From Synergistales bacterium (lineage in GTDB: Bacteria; Synergistota; Synergistia; Synergistales; Aminiphilaceae): a stretch of DNA of 10,750 nt. The notes under the pieces were generated by a model. The model saw only the letters and a program-made list of their open reading frames with translations. It ran no database searches and was not told the origin of the DNA. The stretch spans positions 1 through 10,750 of the forward strand of contig JAIPGA010000083.1 of assembly GCA_021736445.1 (NCBI GenBank), in the 5' to 3' direction. This document shows, piece after piece, positions 7,259-10,750 of this stretch. The position numbers and the translations under genes are program-made. Positions within the stretch are counted from its first letter, which is position 1; each line of letters opens with the position of its first letter.

Positions 7259-8426
7259 GAAGGGCCTCGTGGAGGCTGTCTGTCACATAGTCGATCTCCT
7301 CGTCGGACAGATCGGTGTAGAACGGCAGCGCCAGCACCGAGGCGCAGACCGCTTCGAGCCCCGGGAAGTCGCCCTCCGCGAACCCGAACCGCTCGGCGTA
7401 GAAGGGCTGGTAGGGGATGGGCGTGAAGTAGGGCTTGCAGGCCACACCCCTGGCCTGGAGGGCCTCCATGACGGCGTCCCGGTCGATCCCTTCATCCAGG
7501 CGCACCACGTAGACAAACCAGCTCATCCGGTCGCACCAGTCACCCGGCGCCGGCGGGGTCACCCCGGGGATCGAAGCGAGCCGCCGGCCGTACCGTTCGG
7601 CCACTGCGGCGCGCCGGTCCACGATCGCGTCGAGCCGGCCGATCTGCGACCGGCCCAGGGCCGCCGACATCTCGTCGATCCGGTAGTTGTAGCCCAGCCG
7701 CACATGAGCGAGCCAGGCGCCGCTGTCGTCCCGCCCCTGGTTGATCAGCGACCGGACCGTCGCCGCGATGTCGTCGCGGTCGGTGACGATCATGCCGCCC
7801 TCGCCGGTGGTGATCTGCTTGTTGGGGTAGAAGGCGAAGGCGCCGGCGTCGCCGAAGGCCCCGCACATCCGCCCGAACGCCCTGGTGCCCAGGGCCTCGC
7901 AGCTGTCCTCCACAAAGAACAGCCCGTACTCCGTGGCGATCCGCTCGTACTCGGCCAGCGGCGCGGGCATGCCGAAGACATCCACCAGCAGCATCCCCCT
8001 GAGGCGTTCCGGGGCCAGGGGGGCATCCTCGCCGGGGAGGGTGACGGCCCCCTGGCGCACGCCCTCGATGGTCTGCCGGAGCGTTTCCGGCGAGGGCACC
8101 AGCGTTTCGGGATCGATATCCCCAAAGAGCGGCGCCGCCCCCGTCATGAGGATCACATTGCTGCTGGAGATAAAGCTGAAGGGCGTGGTGAGCACCACAT
8201 CGCCCGGCCCGACACCCAGTGCCTCCAGGGTCACGTGCAGCGCCGCCGTGCCGCTGGAGCAGGCCACGGCGTGCCGCACCCCCACCGTTTCGGCGACGGC
8301 CTGCTCGAAGGCGGCGATCTCCGGGCCCAGGGCCACACGGCCCGACCGGAGCACCGCCAGCACGGCCTGGATGTCGCCGTCGCTGATCTGTCCGCTGGAA
8401 AGGGGGATCTCACGCACCCGCACCAC
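7242..8426 (-). CDS. DegT/DnrJ/EryC1/StrS-family PLP-dependent sugar aminotransferase (PglE/WbpE-like)
   Basis: The 394-aa product has the N-terminal EIPLSSGQISDGDIQAVLAVLRSGRVALGPEIAAFEQAVAETVGVRHAVACSSGTAALHVTLEALGVGPGDVVLTTPFSFISS. This is the classic DegT fold with GPEVxxFE, SSGTxAL and TTPFTF-type motifs. The PLP-lysine motif is FAFYPNKQITTGEGG. Start is GTG at 8426 or, with better RBS spacing (GAGGTGG, 6 nt), GTG at 8417. Confidence 0.9.
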   Translation of the reverse strand: MVRVREIPLSSGQISDGDIQAVLAVLRSGRVALGPEIAAFEQAVAETVGVRHAVACSSGTAALHVTLEALGVGPGDVVLTTPFSFISSSNVILMTGAAPLFGDIDPETLVPSPETLRQTIEGVRQGAVTLPGEDAPLAPERLRGMLLVDVFGMPAPLAEYERIATEYGLFFVEDSCEALGTRAFGRMCGAFGDAGAFAFYPNKQITTGEGGMIVTDRDDIAATVRSLINQGRDDSGAWLAHVRLGYNYRIDEMSAALGRSQIGRLDAIVDRRAAVAERYGRRLASIPGVTPPAPGDWCDRMSWFVYVVRLDEGIDRDAVMEALQARGVACKPYFTPIPYQPFYAERFGFAEGDFPGLEAVCASVLALPFYTDLSDEEIDYVTDSLHEALHGAAG

Positions 8427-8455
8427 CTCGTTTCACAAAGAATGGTCCACGAAGA

Positions 8456-8489
8456 CGCAGCGGGCGACCCCAACCGGCCACCCGCTGCG
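8456..8489 (-). other. GC stem-loop between the small ORF and the aminotransferase gene; candidate attenuator/partial terminator or 5'-UTR structure
   Basis: CGCAGCGGG (8456-8464) and CCCGCTGCG (8481-8489) form a perfect 9-bp stem with a 16-nt loop. It lies 35 nt past the small gene's stop and 30 nt before the GTG of the aminotransferase. The following minus-strand sequence GTCTTCGTGGACCATTCTTTGTG is only moderately T-rich. Confidence 0.3.
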
Positions 8490-8523
8490 CTCCTGCCGTC
8501 TATCCCGGACGCGCCCAGGCCGG

Positions 8524-8961
8524 CTAGAGGATCAGGTTGCTGCCGCCCTGTTGCCCGCCGCCGCGGCGCTCCAGTTCGTTGAGCATGTCCGGCGAGGCCA
8601 CGTCGATACGGGGCTGCTGCTGGGACTGCTGGGCCTCCTTGAGCTGCTGCTCGTACTCGGCCATGTTCCGTTTCAGGCCCTCCACATCGCCCTTGATCCA
8701 CTGGAGGATGCTCTCGGCAACGGCCTCCACGGTCTCCTCGTCGGGAAGCTCGCTGACGAGCTCCAGCTCCTTGAGCATATTGTGTTCCTCCCGGATGGAG
8801 TCCTTGATCTCCTCGTCGGTGATCAGGCCCTTGTTGTAGAGAACCCTGGAGATGATATTGAGCCGGGTCTTCAGGTTCTCGTCGGCCATGGCCAGGCCTT
8901 CCATCCTGCTGAGGAGCATCTGGATCAGTTCGTCGAGATTTACCTGTCTCTGCGACGCCAT
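8524..8961 (-). CDS. Hypothetical small acidic, predicted all-helical/coiled-coil protein (145 aa) with Gly/Gln-rich linker and hydrophobic C-terminal tail
   Basis: The ATG at 8961 has a strong RBS (AAAGGAGG, 8-nt spacer). The product is MASQRQVNLDELIQMLLSRMEGLAMADENLKTRLNIISRVLYNKGLITDEEIKDSIREEHNMLKELELVSELPDEETVEAVAESILQWIKGDVEGLKRNMAEYEQQLKEAQQSQQQPRIDVASPDMLNELERRGGGQQGGSNLIL. It has an ordinary amino-acid composition, unlike the antisense artefact ORFs. I could not place it in a family from memory. Confidence 0.7.
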   Translation of the reverse strand: MASQRQVNLDELIQMLLSRMEGLAMADENLKTRLNIISRVLYNKGLITDEEIKDSIREEHNMLKELELVSELPDEETVEAVAESILQWIKGDVEGLKRNMAEYEQQLKEAQQSQQQPRIDVASPDMLNELERRGGGQQGGSNLIL

Positions 8962-8977
8962 ACGCTTCGCCTCCTTT

Positions 8978-9033
8978 CGCTGATTCCGAAATCAGCGGCC
9001 ATTGTACCACACCTCACCGGGAGGCAAAGACCG
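8978..9033 (-). promoter_or_regulatory. Promoter of the small ORF: extended -10 (TGgTACAAT) plus a perfect 8-4-8 palindromic operator candidate at the predicted TSS
   Basis: The minus strand reads gtgTGgTACAATggccgctgatttcggaatcagcgaaaggaggcgaagcgtATG. TGnTACAAT is the reverse complement of 9001-9009. There is a weak -35 TTTGCC about 16 nt upstream. CGCTGATT-ccga-AATCAGCG (8978-8997) is a perfect 8-bp inverted repeat spanning the expected +1 and the start of the 5'-UTR, just upstream of the RBS. Confidence 0.45.
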
Positions 9034-9046
9034 CCGCTTCGGCACG

Positions 9047-10048
9047 CTACGGCTTGTCCCGGTACGCATCGACGGCGATCTCCCCGTCGATGAGCTGCTG
9101 TTCGATTCCACGGAGCCGCTCCTGCAGGTCCTCGGGGACATTCCGCTTCATCTCCGGCGTCCAGGAGAGCCCCACACCGCCCTCCCTGAACCCCAGGCTG
9201 TAGGTGTGACCCGCTTTGTAGCTGCCGTCGAGCCTGGCCTTGATCAGGTCGTAGACGGCCACGTCGCAGCGTTTCACCATGCTGCCCAGCACATGATCCG
9301 GGGCCAGCCACTCCTGGGGAGCGTCCACGCCGATAGCCCGGAAGCCCCCCTCCCTGGCCGCCCGGATCACACCCTCGCCGCTCCCGCCGGCGATCTGGAA
9401 GATCACGTCGGCGCCCCGGCTGTGCAGGGAGAGGGCCGTCTCCCTGCCCCCGGCGGGATCGGCCCAGCTGTCCACAAAAGCGACAAGGATCTCGATGTCG
9501 GAATCCACGTACCCGGCGCCCTGCCTGTAGCCCGCCAGGAAGTTTCGGATCACCGGGACATCCTCGCCGCAGACGGCGCCGATCGTGCCGGTCCTGGTCA
9601 TCAATCCCGCCAGGGCGCCGGCGAGGAAGGCGCCCTCGTTCTCCTTGAAGTCCACATAGCTGGCGTGGGCCACATCGCCGGACATGTCGATCCGGACGAA
9701 ATCGGTCTCCGGGAACCGCGGAACAACCTCTTCGAAGGCCTCCTCCAGCTCGAAGCCCACCACAAAGACCAGGTCGGCGTTCCGGGCCGCCCTCCGGAGG
9801 GAGGGCAGATAGGCACCGGGGTCACCCCGGCACTCCAGCACCCTCCCCCGCACCTCCAGCTCCCGTTGGGCCTTCTCCAGCCCGGCGTTGGAGCTGTCGT
9901 AGAAGGATTTGTCCCCCAGGGTATCGCCGATGACCAGGGCCACCTCCAGCGGCGCGGCGCAGGCCGCAGCAGCAGCACTGAGCAGCGACAGCGCGGCAAG
10001 CATCGCAATCCATCTCTTCACGGCTGCAGTCACCTCTTCTCTGTACAT
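9047..10048 (-). CDS. BMP-family ABC-transporter substrate-binding lipoprotein (PnrA/Med/TmpC-like, nucleoside-binding)
   Basis: The product ...KRWIAMLAALSLLSAAAAACAAPLEVALVIGDTLGDKSFYDSSNAGLEKA...NADLVFVVGF...GAFLAGALAGLMTRTGTIGAV...DVIFQIAGGSGEGV... follows the BMP (PF02608) pattern (KVALVTDVGGIDDKSFNQSA..., GYLAG, VYQVAGGTGAGV). It has a lipoprotein signal peptide with an Ala-rich h-region and a lipobox Cys. Start is ATG at 10048 (MYREEVTAAVKRW...) or GTG at 10060. Confidence 0.85.
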   Translation of the reverse strand: MYREEVTAAVKRWIAMLAALSLLSAAAAACAAPLEVALVIGDTLGDKSFYDSSNAGLEKAQRELEVRGRVLECRGDPGAYLPSLRRAARNADLVFVVGFELEEAFEEVVPRFPETDFVRIDMSGDVAHASYVDFKENEGAFLAGALAGLMTRTGTIGAVCGEDVPVIRNFLAGYRQGAGYVDSDIEILVAFVDSWADPAGGRETALSLHSRGADVIFQIAGGSGEGVIRAAREGGFRAIGVDAPQEWLAPDHVLGSMVKRCDVAVYDLIKARLDGSYKAGHTYSLGFREGGVGLSWTPEMKRNVPEDLQERLRGIEQQLIDGEIAVDAYRDKP

Positions 10049-10061
10049 TCCACAGGACACG

Positions 10062-10075
10062 CTGCATAGTATAAT
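10062..10075 (+). repeat. Copy 1 of a 14-bp direct repeat CTGCATAGTATAAT (contains consensus -10 TATAAT); candidate promoter/regulator site in the BMP-fur divergent intergenic region
   Basis: It is identical to 10131-10144, and both copies are followed by nnCGG. The reverse strand reads ATTATACTATGCAG, with TATACT acting as a -10 for the BMP gene, whose start lies 2-14 nt downstream. Confidence 0.5.
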
Positions 10076-10115
10076 ACCGGAACGCCGAATTGCCTACGCC
10101 GACCCATCGGAAGCC

Positions 10116-10129
10116 GGAGCGTGCGCTCC
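10116..10129. promoter_or_regulatory. Perfect 14-bp palindrome GGAGCG-TG-CGCTCC at the -35 position of the fur-family gene promoter; candidate operator
   Basis: GGAGCG (10116-10121) and CGCTCC (10124-10129) are exact reverse complements with a 2-bp spacer, ending 9 bp upstream of the TATAAT of repeat copy 2. Confidence 0.4.
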
Positions 10130-10130
10130 C

Positions 10131-10144
10131 CTGCATAGTATAAT
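10131..10144 (+). promoter_or_regulatory. Copy 2 of the 14-bp repeat CTGCATAGTATAAT; likely -10 element of the Fur-family gene promoter
   Basis: TATAAT at 10139-10144 is 40 nt upstream of the ATG at 10185, with RBS GGGAG (10173-10177, 7-nt spacer) in between. Confidence 0.5.
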
Positions 10145-10184
10145 GGCGGCGGATATCCAAAAGAGCAGCGACGGGAGTGATGGC

Positions 10185-10750
10185 ATGCCGGGACGCCACG
10201 GCAGGAGAGGTCACGACAGAGCGCCGGGGGAACGCCGATGGTACATCCAGACCCTCAAGGAGGCGGGGTACCGGGTCACCAGCCAGCGCCGGACCATTAT
10301 CGACGTCCTGCTGGCCCACAGAGGCGAGCATCTCAACGCACGGGAGCTGATGGACCATATCGCCGGGGAGGACCCCGGCGTGGGCTTCGCTACGGTCTAC
10401 CGGACGCTGGAGATCCTGGTGGAGACAAATCTGCTGCACCAGATCAACCTGGAGGAGGGGTTCGCCCGCTACGAGGTGCCCGACGACCGCATGCACATCC
10501 ACCTCTTCTGCTGCCGCTGCGGCAGGGTGATCCACCTCCCCGAGGACGGCGACAAGGAGCAGACCCTCGCCGCCTGGGCGGAGGGCACGGGATTCTCGCT
10601 GCTGCCGCAGACCCTGGAGCTCCAGGGGCTCTGCGAGGACTGCCGGAGGGAGGCGGCCGCCCCCGGCAGGCCGAGACGACGTGGCCGGTGCGGCAACCGG
10701 ATCGTCGAGAATGGGCCCTGGTGCCCACAAGTCCGGGGCCAAGGGGGCTT
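10185..10750 (+). CDS. Fur-family metalloregulator (Fur/PerR/Zur-type), 3' end beyond the right window edge
   Basis: Hand translation gives MPGRHGRRGHDRAPGERRWYIQTLKEAGYRVTSQRRTIIDVLLAHRGEHLNARELMDHIAGEDPGVGFATVYRTLEILVETNLLHQINLEEGFARYEVPDDRMHIHLFCCRCGRVIHLPEDGDKEQTLAAWAEGTGFSLLPQTLELQGLCEDCRR.... It aligns with E. coli Fur (LKKAGLKVTLPRLKILEVL...ATVYRVLNQF...HHDHLICLDCGKVIEF...GHCAEGDC) and has two CxxC pairs forming a structural Zn site. There is no stop codon before the window end. Confidence 0.8.
   Translation, partial: MPGRHGRRGHDRAPGERRWYIQTLKEAGYRVTSQRRTIIDVLLAHRGEHLNARELMDHIAGEDPGVGFATVYRTLEILVETNLLHQINLEEGFARYEVPDDRMHIHLFCCRCGRVIHLPEDGDKEQTLAAWAEGTGFSLLPQTLELQGLCEDCRREAAAPGRPRRRGRCGNRIVENGPWCPQVRGQGG

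Noticed and set aside
8516-8535. Apparent CTAGAGGATCCTCTAG palindrome at the small gene's stop
   Set aside because: On re-reading, the sequence is CTAGAGGATC only. The palindrome was an artefact of concatenating strand and reverse complement by eye.
7257-9093. Plus-strand ORFs 7257-8582 (441 aa) and 7885-9093 (402 aa), and the minus-strand ORF 8231-9010 (259 aa)
   Set aside because: They are antisense or alternate-frame to the DegT aminotransferase and the small acidic gene. Their composition is dominated by Arg/Pro/Gly/Ser and they contain no motifs.
9002-10742. ORF 9002-10069 (+, 355 aa) and ORF 9822-10742 (-, 306 aa)
   Set aside because: They are antisense to the BMP lipoprotein and to the Fur-family gene respectively. 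The real frames give full-length family matches.
1-10750. CRISPR arrays, tRNA/rRNA genes, IS elements or integrase remnants
   Set aside because: There are no regularly spaced repeats, no cloverleaf-compatible segments in the few intergenic gaps, and no transposase or integrase-like ORFs on hand translation. Coding density and uniform GC argue for core chromosome rather than a mobile island.

Overview
GC-rich (about two-thirds G+C) bacterial chromosomal segment, densely coding, with 10 of 11 genes on the minus strand. I re-translated every gene by hand; the long plus-strand ORFs in the track are antisense artefacts of the GC content. Reading the minus strand 5'->3' (high to low coordinates), the order is: (a) a BMP-family substrate-binding lipoprotein, 9047-10048; (b) a small acidic hypothetical protein with its own extended -10 promoter and a perfect 8-4-8 palindrome, 8524-8961; (c) a five-gene sugar-modification operon, 8426-2661, encoding a DegT/PglE-like aminotransferase, a membrane PglF/CapD-like 4,6-dehydratase, a FemAB-family acyl/aminoacyl-transferase, a PglC-like phosphoglycosyltransferase and a sulfotransferase; (d) a family-1 encapsulin nanocompartment operon, 2494-1244, encoding an encapsulated ferritin-like cargo with a C-terminal GSGLGLGSLK targeting peptide followed by the shell protein, ended by a clear rho-independent terminator; (e) an LhgO/GlpA-like FAD oxidoreductase, truncated at the left edge. 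A Fur-family metalloregulator runs divergently off the right edge on the plus strand; its promoter region holds a duplicated 14-mer, each copy containing TATAAT, and a perfect 14-bp palindrome. The encapsulin operon is a known system type. The less ordinary elements are (i) a bacillosamine-type (PglF/E/C) pathway in which the usual PglD acetyltransferase is replaced by a FemAB-family enzyme and a sulfotransferase is added, sitting directly upstream of the encapsulin operon, and (ii) the small acidic protein whose Gly-rich linker and hydrophobic tail loosely resemble an encapsulin cargo-loading peptide.
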